A DNA stretch of 64,000 nucleotides from Gemmatimonadota bacterium (GCA_036679605.1 JAZDCZ010000239.1:1-64000); one strand, 5' to 3'. Shown: positions 47,191 through 55,758, counted from the stretch's first letter. Numbers and translations: made by a program. The notes: generated by a model from the letters alone, not told the origin.

Positions 47191-49164
47191 CTATTTGGAC
47201 TCACTTTGGCGGATGAATTTTTCCATGACCGCCTTTGCCTCTTCGGGAGATGTGGTTCGGAAATCGACCGGACAAGCCGAAGCTTTTTCTTCAATATCAC
47301 GGATGGGACAGCGTGATACGCCCGACGCCTTCGCTTCCTCAATAAATTTCCGCATCTCAGGCGGCATTGCATCTTTGCCTTCCGCCTCCGCCTTTATTTG
47401 TCTTGCCCGAAGCTCTCTGAACATCCCCATCATGGTCTCGGCATCAAACTCATCGGCCTCAATCATGGCTTGCTTGTTCTCGTCCATGACGACGGTGGTG
47501 ATTTGCCACATGTCGTTAGCCTTGGCGAAGCGCTCAACTGTATTGCGTGCCAAAGGACGCGCGATTAGAGGCACTACGCCGAGTCGATCGAAGGCCTCCG
47601 CAGTCCAAACGGACGGATCAGAAGCGGTGCGCTCGCGAATCGTCACGTGGCCGGTCATAGGACATTTGGCTTCCAGTGTTGCACCCGCTGCCTCGTCACC
47701 AGTCTCATTGCCCATCACCAACGTCTTTGCCATTTGCTCTTCAGCTTTGATCTCGGCCCGTGCAACTTCTTCGGCATCGCCGATGCCCATGATGAGCTGC
47801 ATGTGAGTCGGCAACAATTTCGTGATTGCCTCGTCGAGCCATTTGTTCGTTACGAGGTCGGCTCCATGCTCTACCGTATACTCCTCGACTGCACGACGTG
47901 CGATGCCTTGTGCAAACGGCGGGGTTCTCTGGATTCGAATCTCGGCGTCGGGAGCCCATGGCAATCCTTCCTCACCATCCTCTTCGATCCACGGAATGTC
48001 TTCTGGTCGAATCCCACCGATATCCGTTACCAGCAAATTGTAGGGCGCTAGACGCAGAAGATTGTCGGCCTGCGAACCCAACTCCGTACCTTCAATCCTG
48101 TGCCCACCGTGTCTACCGAAAACGAGCAGCGATGGCTTTACTTCCTCGGCCCACTGCATGATTACTTGGAATGGCTTGCCAACCAGGATCTGCGTCTCCA
48201 CCGAAACCTCCGGAAACTCCTGAGCGATTACCTCGGCGCGCTTGAGATTGGCTTGGCACAGCTTGAGAAGTCCCTTATCGATTATGTTGTTGTGCAATTC
48301 CTCCTGCTCCTCAAACTTGAAGACTTTCGAGGCTCGCTCCGACAACACATCCTTGATGTTACCAAACACGTTGTGGTGATACTCAACGTCAAAAGCGCTG
48401 CAAACGAAGAGGCTGGCGTGATATACCTGAGCTAGTTCCAACGCAGCACGCATTGCCCTATAGCTATACGCCGAGCCATCTACACATACCATGAACCGTC
48501 CCTCTGCGAGAGGCTCATCTCGGTTTACTATCAACATGTCCTTCTGAACGCCTCGAACAGCCCGAGCGACCACACCCCCTAGCTGCGATAGTGGCTGTCG
48601 CCCTATCCCGTGAGCGCCCATGATGACCAAGTCGTAATCGCGCCCAGAGGAACCAGCAATCTTGTCCGCCTGATCTTCGTCCTCTTCGACAATCCGACCG
48701 TCTTCGCCCAGCTTCACGTCACTCCGAACCCGGTCTCCGCCATCGTAGCTAGCCGCAACGTCGGCGTCGAATCCAATCAGGCTGGGCAGCCTCCCTCCAC
48801 CGCTGTTGACCTCCTTGACGATCTCTTCATAATTGATCCCCTCCAGGAGCTGACGACGTAGCTCCACTTCGGCCCCCATACAGCGCTTTTCCACCTTGTC
48901 GAGAAACGAGTCGGATATGAGCTGCAAACCCTTCTCGATCAGCTTGTCGTGAACCTTGCGTTGGCGCTTTATCTCATCTTGACTCTGGAACTGCGCGGGT
49001 AGGCCGGTCTCGAGCTGTCGGAAACGAACATCATGAAGACGGGCTGCGTAGACATGGTTACCGGTGATACGACCACCAGATTTGCCACAAAGCTCGATTG
49101 CTCTGTCGATTGCCCAGTCGGAGTATTGCGAGTTGTCGACGGGTACAAAAACTTCACGGTACAT
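47191..49164 (-). CDS. Tandem universal-stress-domain protein with two PCP_red domains and Cys-Pro motifs
   Basis: VFVPVDNS..S...DLVIMGAHG; VCVDGS..S...LLVFGRHG; WAPDAEIRI..TPPFAQ; WTAEAFDRL..VPLIAR; CPM, CPI, CPV. Confidence 0.88.
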   Translation of the reverse strand: MYREVFVPVDNSQYSDWAIDRAIELCGKSGGRITGNHVYAARLHDVRFRQLETGLPAQFQSQDEIKRQRKVHDKLIEKGLQLISDSFLDKVEKRCMGAEVELRRQLLEGINYEEIVKEVNSGGGRLPSLIGFDADVAASYDGGDRVRSDVKLGEDGRIVEEDEDQADKIAGSSGRDYDLVIMGAHGIGRQPLSQLGGVVARAVRGVQKDMLIVNRDEPLAEGRFMVCVDGSAYSYRAMRAALELAQVYHASLFVCSAFDVEYHHNVFGNIKDVLSERASKVFKFEEQEELHNNIIDKGLLKLCQANLKRAEVIAQEFPEVSVETQILVGKPFQVIMQWAEEVKPSLLVFGRHGGHRIEGTELGSQADNLLRLAPYNLLVTDIGGIRPEDIPWIEEDGEEGLPWAPDAEIRIQRTPPFAQGIARRAVEEYTVEHGADLVTNKWLDEAITKLLPTHMQLIMGIGDAEEVARAEIKAEEQMAKTLVMGNETGDEAAGATLEAKCPMTGHVTIRERTASDPSVWTAEAFDRLGVVPLIARPLARNTVERFAKANDMWQITTVVMDENKQAMIEADEFDAETMMGMFRELRARQIKAEAEGKDAMPPEMRKFIEEAKASGVSRCPIRDIEEKASACPVDFRTTSPEEAKAVMEKFIRQSESK

Positions 49165-49296
49165 GCTACAGCCCTCGCCATAACGGTCGTTGGGGGATCA
49201 ATCTACCTATGATATCACGGATTGCACAGACAGAACCAGAAGTCTCCACCCTCGTTCACAACACCATGCCTGAGAGTCGAAACAGCTCTGTCGTCG

Positions 49297-49320
49297 GGCG
49301 AGTATGGGAGTCTACTCGCC
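49297..49320 (-). terminator. Stem-loop immediately after the ferredoxin gene
   Basis: GGCGAGTA-N8-TACTCGCC; no clear U-tract, so it could be a stabilising hairpin. Confidence 0.4.
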
Positions 49321-49325
49321 GCGTG

Positions 49326-49568
49326 TCAAGGGACGAGCTGCTGGTCAAGGAGATCGGAGACCGAGAGCGCATCGACCGGACATGCCTCGCAGGCGCGAAT
49401 CAGCACGTTCCGCGCTACACCGTCGGGGCGGTGGAACACGGCTACGCCATCGTCATCCAGCTTGAAGGCCAACTCCCCTTCACTCACACAGTCGCCGAAT
49501 CCGACGCATAGAGTGCGGTCGATCCGGACGGTGAGATCGCCCACCAGCTTCTCGTCTATGTCTCCCAA
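49326..49568 (-). CDS. Monocluster ferredoxin (probably [3Fe-4S])
   Basis: IDRTLCVGFGDC...ACEACPVDAL; the second Cys position is occupied by Phe. Confidence 0.88.
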   Translation of the reverse strand: MGDIDEKLVGDLTVRIDRTLCVGFGDCVSEGELAFKLDDDGVAVFHRPDGVARNVLIRACEACPVDALSVSDLLDQQLVP

Positions 49569-49569
49569 A

Positions 49570-50019
49570 CTACATCCCCTCTAGCCCGAGATCAGAACGG
49601 GCCTGATCCATCATAGCGGGCGTGATATCGGCTATCCCATGGTCTCGGGCATATTCGGCGTAAATCTTCTTGACCATTCCTCGCACGAAGTTCGGCACCC
49701 GGTCCAACCGTTCCTGAGCGGCAGGAGTCCATTGGGCCGCAATACCTGGCACGGGCGAGTCAGCGTCGACTTCATCGAACGCATCATCTTTGCCTTTGAG
49801 GGTGGCGCGAACTTGCTCTAGCGGCTGTTCAGTCAGGGTTCGACCCCCGATCTTGACTCCTAGCGCATCTACCAGTTGGCTCTCCATAGGGTTAGCCAAC
49901 ATCGCCACACTGCGCCCACACTTCGGGCAGGAGAACGCCGCGGCGAAGGTTCCGTCGCCCGGCACGGCCCTCTCCTGAAAGTCCATCTGCTCGTCGCAAT
50001 CAATACAGAGAAACTTCAT
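49570..50019 (-). CDS. CxxC...CxxC (zinc-ribbon-like) protein with a PCP_red domain
   Basis: CIDC...CPKC; WTPAAQERLDRVPNFVRGMVKK..AEYA. Confidence 0.87.
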   Translation of the reverse strand: MKFLCIDCDEQMDFQERAVPGDGTFAAAFSCPKCGRSVAMLANPMESQLVDALGVKIGGRTLTEQPLEQVRATLKGKDDAFDEVDADSPVPGIAAQWTPAAQERLDRVPNFVRGMVKKIYAEYARDHGIADITPAMMDQARSDLGLEGM

Positions 50020-50885
50020 GAACCACCCTCCAGAAGTCTTTCGATCAGGGTCTCCGGCAGCTCCGGCACGCGAAACTGCTGATCTGCGCGTCCACTGCCT
50101 GGCGGCTCCTCCGGCGAAGGGCTAAACGGTATCCGGCCAAGCAGAGGCACGCCAAATTGATCTGCCAGCCGGTCACCGGCATCACCGCCAAAGAGGCTAC
50201 CGGCCAACCCGCACTTCGGGCACATGTAACCACTCATGTTCTCCACGATCCCAATTACTCTAACCTCCGACTCTCGGACTAGGTGCAGCGCCCTCTCGAC
50301 TGACCTACGTGACTCCTCGCTCGGAATAGTCACCGCGATCACACCATCGAGTTCAGGCACTAGAGCGGCCAAGTCCGTTATGCGTGCTGACCCTGGCGGG
50401 AGATCTATGAGAAGCAGGGAAAGATCCCCCCACGCTACATCGCTCAGAAACTCACACAACGCTGTGGTTTCCAGCGTCTCGCGCCACACGAAGCGATCCG
50501 ATGCGGGCTCCTTCCATTGGAGCGGACGCCCTTCCTCCACAAGCAGGTCGGTCGAGAAGACCTTGATACCATGGATGCCATCCGCGGGCTCGACTGAGTT
50601 TTCAGTGATACGAAGCGGCCCGCTGGCTCCAAGCATCGCCCCAGTCGTGGGACCGTTCAGATCTGCATCCAGCACACCCACTCCCACGCCGCCCCTCTTC
50701 GCCACGCCACATGCCAATCCAGCAGTAAGGTAGCTCTTCCCAACACCACCCTTCCCGCTCATGATTGCGATGACGCGGTCGACCGTACTAAGCCGCTGCT
50801 GCACTCGTGCGCGCTTTTGCACAACTTGCTGCAGGATTTGAGACTGATCATCTCCTGGCAGCTCTCTATAGGTTCGGAACTTCAC
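50016..50885 (-). CDS. mrp: Mrp/ApbC/NBP35 family Fe-S carrier ATPase
   Basis: SGKGGVGKS, LDADLNGP, DLPPG, GIVENMSGYMCPKC; GTG start in a GTGA overlap. Confidence 0.92.
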   Translation of the reverse strand: MKFRTYRELPGDDQSQILQQVVQKRARVQQRLSTVDRVIAIMSGKGGVGKSYLTAGLACGVAKRGGVGVGVLDADLNGPTTGAMLGASGPLRITENSVEPADGIHGIKVFSTDLLVEEGRPLQWKEPASDRFVWRETLETTALCEFLSDVAWGDLSLLLIDLPPGSARITDLAALVPELDGVIAVTIPSEESRRSVERALHLVRESEVRVIGIVENMSGYMCPKCGLAGSLFGGDAGDRLADQFGVPLLGRIPFSPSPEEPPGSGRADQQFRVPELPETLIERLLEGGS

Positions 50886-51235
50886 AAATCCCATCCTGCG
50901 CGTGCCAACATCCAGAGATTGAACATGACAACGACAAGTGCCATCGTGTAGAAGCTGGGCGGCATTCGAGGGTCGGCGCCGGCAAAGAAGGCTCCATTCA
51001 CCAGGGCCGGCAACCTGAGGCCGTGGACGGCCCAAACGCTTCGCGCTAGCCACGGGGTCTGCCAGCGAAGCAAACCGTACACGATCATGCCAGCCACGAC
51101 TGCGCCCAGCAACATCCATAGCCATGGCGGACCGTACCTATCGGGCAGAAACCCATGTCTTGCCATCGCATAGGCGGCTGCTTCGTAGATAATGGCCACG
51201 TGCAGGTACACGAAAGCTGCCTGCCGAAACTTCAT
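50882..51235 (-). CDS. Hypothetical membrane protein (about 4 TM), first gene of the cluster
   Basis: MKFRQAAFVYLHVAIIYE...WMLARAGWDL; hydrophobic helices; coupled to mrp. Confidence 0.75.
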   Translation of the reverse strand: MKFRQAAFVYLHVAIIYEAAAYAMARHGFLPDRYGPPWLWMLLGAVVAGMIVYGLLRWQTPWLARSVWAVHGLRLPALVNGAFFAGADPRMPPSFYTMALVVVMFNLWMLARAGWDL

Positions 51236-51307
51236 TTCACGTCGACCGTCTGTTAACATCAGCACCGTCCGTTTGAATCATGTTCGACCTTCAGATTTCT
51301 CAGGTCT

Positions 51308-51916
51308 ATGACGGGATCGCCTGCGCAGCTCATACGCAAACGTACCTCCGCACCGGTGCCGCTAATAGTGGGTGCCGGAATCTTCGTCTTGCTCATTATA
51401 TACTTGCTGGTCTCTTCTCTGCTCCCCACGAGCATGGCCACCTTCGATCCCACTCCAGCAGTCACTGCAGCGCGGTCAGGACCGGTAGATACAGTGACTA
51501 TAGATGCATCGTCTACAGATCGCTGGCAATTCTTCAGCTTTGCCGGAGGGTCTGTGATGCATCCACCTGACTCTGTGGGTTGGGACCTCGCGCTGCGACG
51601 CTCCAACGTTTTTGTGTCGGGGGGCGCTTTAGATCTAGGAGTTCGGACCTTCGATGAGGTCACAGCTGCGCCCGCATCCGGTTATATGAAAACTAGCTTC
51701 GGGCGGGACACGGTAAACAGCGTATTAGATCGCTGGTACAAGTATAGCTTCATATCTCACCGCCTGAGTCCCAATAGCCACATCTACGTAGTCCAGACTC
51801 GCGACGGCCACTTTGCCAAGATAGAGTTTCTTAGCTACTACTGCACCGGCATGGTGTCGGGATGTATCACTTTCCGCTATACCTATGATGAACGGGGCGG
51901 TGCAAGATTTCCTTGA
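51308..51916 (+). CDS. HmuY-family heme-binding protein with an N-terminal TM anchor
   Basis: VTIDASS...W.FFSF, WDLALRR, WYKY, YVVQTRDGHFAKIEFLSYY, ITFRY. Confidence 0.82.
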   Translation: MTGSPAQLIRKRTSAPVPLIVGAGIFVLLIIYLLVSSLLPTSMATFDPTPAVTAARSGPVDTVTIDASSTDRWQFFSFAGGSVMHPPDSVGWDLALRRSNVFVSGGALDLGVRTFDEVTAAPASGYMKTSFGRDTVNSVLDRWYKYSFISHRLSPNSHIYVVQTRDGHFAKIEFLSYYCTGMVSGCITFRYTYDERGGARFP

Positions 51917-51981
51917 CTCGGCTCGAGGCTCGCGTCTTTCCGGAACTCCACTCGTAACACGCCCATCGGCGAGTGCCGTGC

Positions 51982-52479
51982 TCAGTCCGCAGCCTCTCCA
52001 AGTGGGTGCGCTTCCAGCTCCTTCTTAATTCCAGGATGAGCGTGCCATAAGTAGTATCCCATTCCCACTGCGGCAATCGCGTTGCCGATCGCGACATTAG
52101 TCCATGCCAGCCGCCCCAGAAGATGCTGCGCAACGATCGCTACTATCACATAGAACCCGAATTCAAATACTGCAAAGAAAACCACTACCACAAACAGTGT
52201 CGACGGAAACAGCTCCACTTCAAAAGCAAGCAGTGCCGCGATCATGCCTACGATCGCAAACCCGAGCGCATGGACCATCGTATATGCCACGACTGCCGGG
52301 AATGTGACTTGCACGAGCTGAGGTTCGCGAAGTCCGAAGAAGAGTGCCTGGCCAAGCATAGCGGGAGTGAAGAACGCTCGGCCTGCTACCAGATCGACAA
52401 CGAAGAACCATGCGGCTACTGCTGTCGCACCAATGAGCCCGGCAATGAATCCTTCACGGGCAATGCGCTTGAAATCCAC
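51982..52479 (-). CDS. Hypothetical integral membrane protein
   Basis: 4-5 hydrophobic helices; GTG start after AGGAG. Confidence 0.75.
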   Translation of the reverse strand: MDFKRIAREGFIAGLIGATAVAAWFFVVDLVAGRAFFTPAMLGQALFFGLREPQLVQVTFPAVVAYTMVHALGFAIVGMIAALLAFEVELFPSTLFVVVVFFAVFEFGFYVIVAIVAQHLLGRLAWTNVAIGNAIAAVGMGYYLWHAHPGIKKELEAHPLGEAAD

Positions 52480-52558
52480 AGTCGACTCCTGAGGGAGGAG
52501 ACACAAAATCTATTGTCCGCAATATACGACGCGAGGCCTTTTCGACCAGACCAGGTTC

Positions 52559-52930
52559 CTATCGTCCGTTGTAGGACTGGATGATACGCACCAGATTTCT
52601 ACTATCGATGTTGAACAAGTCGATTCCGGTCACCTCTCCCGGGTGAGACCTGCTCATGTAGCGAACCTCTACCGTGCGGCTCTTGTCATCGGGTCGATAG
52701 AGAACCCGCGATCCTAAAGGAGCCGTATTCTCTATCCCGTCACAGCTCCTCGTCAGCTGCTGTCGTCGATTGAGAGATCGATCGAGCCACACTCGACACA
52801 GACCTGGGGCAGGAATAGCGCTACGTGGAACGTCCAAACGAATGGGGCCAGCCGTTTCACCCCCCTTAGAACCGCAACCTGAAATGCCCGCGGTCATGAG
52901 GCTCAGTAGCATCACTGTGGCTGCACGCAC
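52559..52930 (-). CDS. Hypothetical lipoprotein
   Basis: Lipobox ISGC; IPAPGLCRVW...SC. Confidence 0.7.
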   Translation of the reverse strand: MRAATVMLLSLMTAGISGCGSKGGETAGPIRLDVPRSAIPAPGLCRVWLDRSLNRRQQLTRSCDGIENTAPLGSRVLYRPDDKSRTVEVRYMSRSHPGEVTGIDLFNIDSRNLVRIIQSYNGR

Positions 52931-53001
52931 GATTCCTCCTGAACAAGGCCTTTGTTCTTTCTATTATGGTCAGAAATCAGTACACCGCAACCGCGTAGCC
53001 G

Positions 53002-53337
53002 TTAGCGCTCACCCGTTAGCCGGATCATCGCTTCTTCAACCCAGTCTGCGGCCCGATCGGCAATGTCGAGAAGCGAAAGAGCTACGCCCCGCACAGTCTC
53101 CTCTAGGGAAGGCTGCTCGTCCAGCTCCGCTGGTTTGCCGAGGATCTCTTCGAGTAGAGAATCGGCTTTCTGCCGAACATCGGCGCTGTTCTCGCCGATG
53201 GTACGCGAGCGTCGTTTCCCATTCTCATACCACTCAATGCGAACCTTGCCTTGCTCAACGTATCGCCGCCCCAGGTGTGGTTTCTCGCCTACGGTACGAG
53301 TGAAGCGTGGATCTCTCCTACGTTGTTTGGCTGCCAT
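53002..53337 (-). CDS. Hypothetical basic protein, possibly Arm-type DNA-binding
   Basis: VRIEWYENGKRRSRTIG followed by an amphipathic helix. Confidence 0.55.
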   Translation of the reverse strand: MAAKQRRRDPRFTRTVGEKPHLGRRYVEQGKVRIEWYENGKRRSRTIGENSADVRQKADSLLEEILGKPAELDEQPSLEETVRGVALSLLDIADRAADWVEEAMIRLTGER

Positions 53338-53391
53338 GAAGCCTCTACGGATGTCAGGCGAATGAAGTTCCAATTAACACTGGACGGTTTC

Positions 53392-53778
53392 CTACTGTGC
53401 AAGCGGCTGCACGAGGAACGCGAACTCCTCGACTATGCGACCGCCAATCAAGTGTTCGTGGATGATGCGCTCTAGAACAGGCGGATGACAGTGGTGATAC
53501 CACGCCCCCTCTGGATAAACGACGGCGATCGGCCCTTCTTCACATAACCGCAAACAGTTGGCCTTCGTGCGGTAGATGCCACCCCCCTCAGACAATTTCA
53601 ATTCTCGTAACCGGCGCTTAAGGTACTTCCATGCCTCTAAGGATCTTTCTCGGTCACAGCATTTGGGCTTTGTCTGATCACAACAAAGAAAAATGTGACG
53701 CTGCAGGCCTGGGATGCCTACCTTCTGCGAGATCGTTTGCAGCTTGTCGCTGACTGACTGTTTTTCGGTTTCGCTCAT
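53392..53778 (-). CDS. Thioredoxin-like [2Fe-2S] ferredoxin
   Basis: HIFLC...CC...[21 protein letters not shown]...IIHEHLIGG. Confidence 0.92.
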   Translation of the reverse strand: MSETEKQSVSDKLQTISQKVGIPGLQRHIFLCCDQTKPKCCDRERSLEAWKYLKRRLRELKLSEGGGIYRTKANCLRLCEEGPIAVVYPEGAWYHHCHPPVLERIIHEHLIGGRIVEEFAFLVQPLAQ

Positions 53779-53871
53779 GAACTAATGGTAGTTGTCTCGA
53801 AAAAGCGGGCAAGTTCAATTGCCGGGCAATCGAAACCACGTTAACGTGCTCGACATCAGAGACATAGACAA

Positions 53872-54435
53872 TTGCGAACTTATTCTCACTTCCTCGTTAC
53901 CGCTCTAATCGGCGAACGCCTAAAGAGTCGCACGCGTCTGCGACTCGGTGCATTTCTGGCGGGAAGTGTAGCACCCGATGTACCGCTATTCTTGCTCACG
54001 ATCGGTTACTACTTCTACCGGCGTCTTACAGATGCAGCAGGATCGCAGGGACTCTACGGTCCGACCTACGACAATCTATTCTATAACAATCCAATTTGGA
54101 TAACCTCTCACAACCTGCTTCACGCCCCACTGATCATTGTGCCGCTGGCTTTGGTCGGGCTCTACTGGTGGCGTCGAAAACACTCTTGGGCGGCTGTTCT
54201 ATTCTGGTTCAGCACGGCATGTGCCTTACACACAGTAATTGACGTCTTCACACATCATGCCGATGGTCCGCTCCTCCTGTTTCCGCTGGACCTGGAGTAC
54301 CGGTTCGCAAGTCCTGTTAGCTACTGGCATCCGGCGTTCTACGGAAAGATCTTCGCAACCATCGAGACATTGGTGGACTTAGTCATTGCAGCGTACTTGG
54401 CAACTGTTTGGCTGCGACGAGAACGCGTACCCTAG
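53872..54435 (+). CDS. Membrane metal-dependent hydrolase (YdjM-like)
   Basis: TYSH, APDVP, HNLLH, LHTVIDVFTH..DG..LLFP. Confidence 0.8.
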   Translation: MRTYSHFLVTALIGERLKSRTRLRLGAFLAGSVAPDVPLFLLTIGYYFYRRLTDAAGSQGLYGPTYDNLFYNNPIWITSHNLLHAPLIIVPLALVGLYWWRRKHSWAAVLFWFSTACALHTVIDVFTHHADGPLLLFPLDLEYRFASPVSYWHPAFYGKIFATIETLVDLVIAAYLATVWLRRERVP

Positions 54436-54442
54436 CACATTA

Positions 54443-55642
54443 TCATCGTATTCTCGCCCCCTGCACAATCCATCTTCCCAGCAGCCCGCGCTCAGCTGGA
54501 GTCATGCCAGTCAGGTTACCCAGCGGCATAGTCTCAGAAAGCACGGCAACGGAATTTATCCGATCGGCCAGGGCCTTTATCTCGTCGGGAGAATCGAATC
54601 GAACGCCGAGTGGCGCGACCACGTATGCGGAGTTCGTCGGCGTAACTGAGTGGCAGGACTCACATCGATCCCTGATTATTCCTCTCACTGTCGTGAAAGA
54701 CACTTCCGCGCCCACCGTGCCGCCCGAATTCGACCCTAGCTGTCGGCTGGGCGGCCTAGTGGCGACTGCTAGTCCTACCATAGCGACGGCCGCCGCAGGC
54801 ATGATCCAGACTCTATTCTGCCCCTTGTTGCGGAGATTGAAGTAGTGCCGTACAGAAGCCCCAACAAGCGCCAATCCTGTCAATACGAGCCAGTTATACC
54901 GCTGACCGTAGGTCATCGGAAAATGGCTGCTCATCATGATGAACAGAACTGGGAGGGTCATGTAGTTGTTGTGCAAGGATCGTTGCTTGGCCTTGGCACC
55001 CAGGGTAGCGTCGGGTTCTCTGCCCTCGGCGGTGGCCGATACTAGTTGTCGTTGGGAGGGTATGATCACTGCGAAGACATTTGCCGCCATGAGCGTCCCA
55101 AGTACGGCTCCAACGTGAACGAACGCCGCCCGGTCAGTGAACACCCGTGTAAAACCAAACGCCAGCCCTACTACCAACAGAAAGCAAACCACGCCCAACT
55201 GCGGATCGCTGTTCCCAAATCTCGACTTGCAGAGCGCATCGTAAACATGCCATGTAACCCCCAACGCGACGACACTCAATCCTATCGCCACAGGCATGCT
55301 CAATGGAGATTCAGGAGGTAGGAGTACCGCCCCAACGCCGAAGTAATACACTATGGCAAGAAGCGAAATACCGCTCAGCCAAGTAAAGTACGCCTCCCAT
55401 TTGAACCAGTGCAGTGTGCCCGGAAGACGCTCCGGAGCAACCTTGAACTTCCGGACTTGGTAGAAGCCACCTGCATGAACGGCCCACAACTCGCCTGCCA
55501 CTCCCTTCTTTGGTGTCTCAGGAGCAGCGAGGCGGGAGTCGAGCCAGTTGAAGTAGAAAGAAGTGCCGATCCACGCCACTCCCGTAGTGAAATGGAGCCA
55601 TCGAACTGCCAAGTTGAGCCACTGACCGAAGTGCGGGTCCAT
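54443..55642 (-). CDS. puuD: Membrane urate hydroxylase with a cytochrome c domain
   Basis: RWLH..GVAWIGTSFYF, LWAVHAGGFY, LHWFKWEAY, RSLHNNYMTLPV, CESCH, MPLGN.TGMT. Confidence 0.92.
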   Translation of the reverse strand: MDPHFGQWLNLAVRWLHFTTGVAWIGTSFYFNWLDSRLAAPETPKKGVAGELWAVHAGGFYQVRKFKVAPERLPGTLHWFKWEAYFTWLSGISLLAIVYYFGVGAVLLPPESPLSMPVAIGLSVVALGVTWHVYDALCKSRFGNSDPQLGVVCFLLVVGLAFGFTRVFTDRAAFVHVGAVLGTLMAANVFAVIIPSQRQLVSATAEGREPDATLGAKAKQRSLHNNYMTLPVLFIMMSSHFPMTYGQRYNWLVLTGLALVGASVRHYFNLRNKGQNRVWIMPAAAVAMVGLAVATRPPSRQLGSNSGGTVGAEVSFTTVRGIIRDRCESCHSVTPTNSAYVVAPLGVRFDSPDEIKALADRINSVAVLSETMPLGNLTGMTPAERGLLGRWIVQGARIR

Positions 55643-55689
55643 GAGTCTCTACGCCCTCCAGCGATAAGGTCGTCGGATCATCCTAGTTG

Positions 55690-55727
55690 GTAATGATTAC
55701 TTTATCCCGCCGCAGAGACGCCGTCAA
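55690..55727 (-). promoter_or_regulatory. Sigma70-type promoter of puuD with an overlapping palindrome
   Basis: Minus strand TTGACG-N17-TAAAGT (55727-55699); GTAAT-G-ATTAC at 55690-55700. Confidence 0.6.
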
Positions 55728-55758
55728 TTTGATAGGGAATTGTGTATGCTGCCATACA

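Noticed and set aside
49268..49295. Hammerhead-like CTGAGAG...GAAAC in the ferredoxin-USP gap
   Set aside because: The core does not match CUGANGA, stem II is absent, and the stem III loop would be only 2 nt.
45865..50019. Photosynthesis (DPOR) or heme d1 biosynthesis genes
   Set aside because: Only the small PCP_red appendage is present; no BchN/B/L catalytic domains and no nirS/nirF/nirDLGH.
50886..51125. N-terminal 80 aa of the 369-aa Mrp ORF
   Set aside because: It overlaps a better membrane-protein gene in another frame; the GTGA-coupled start at 50885 fits.
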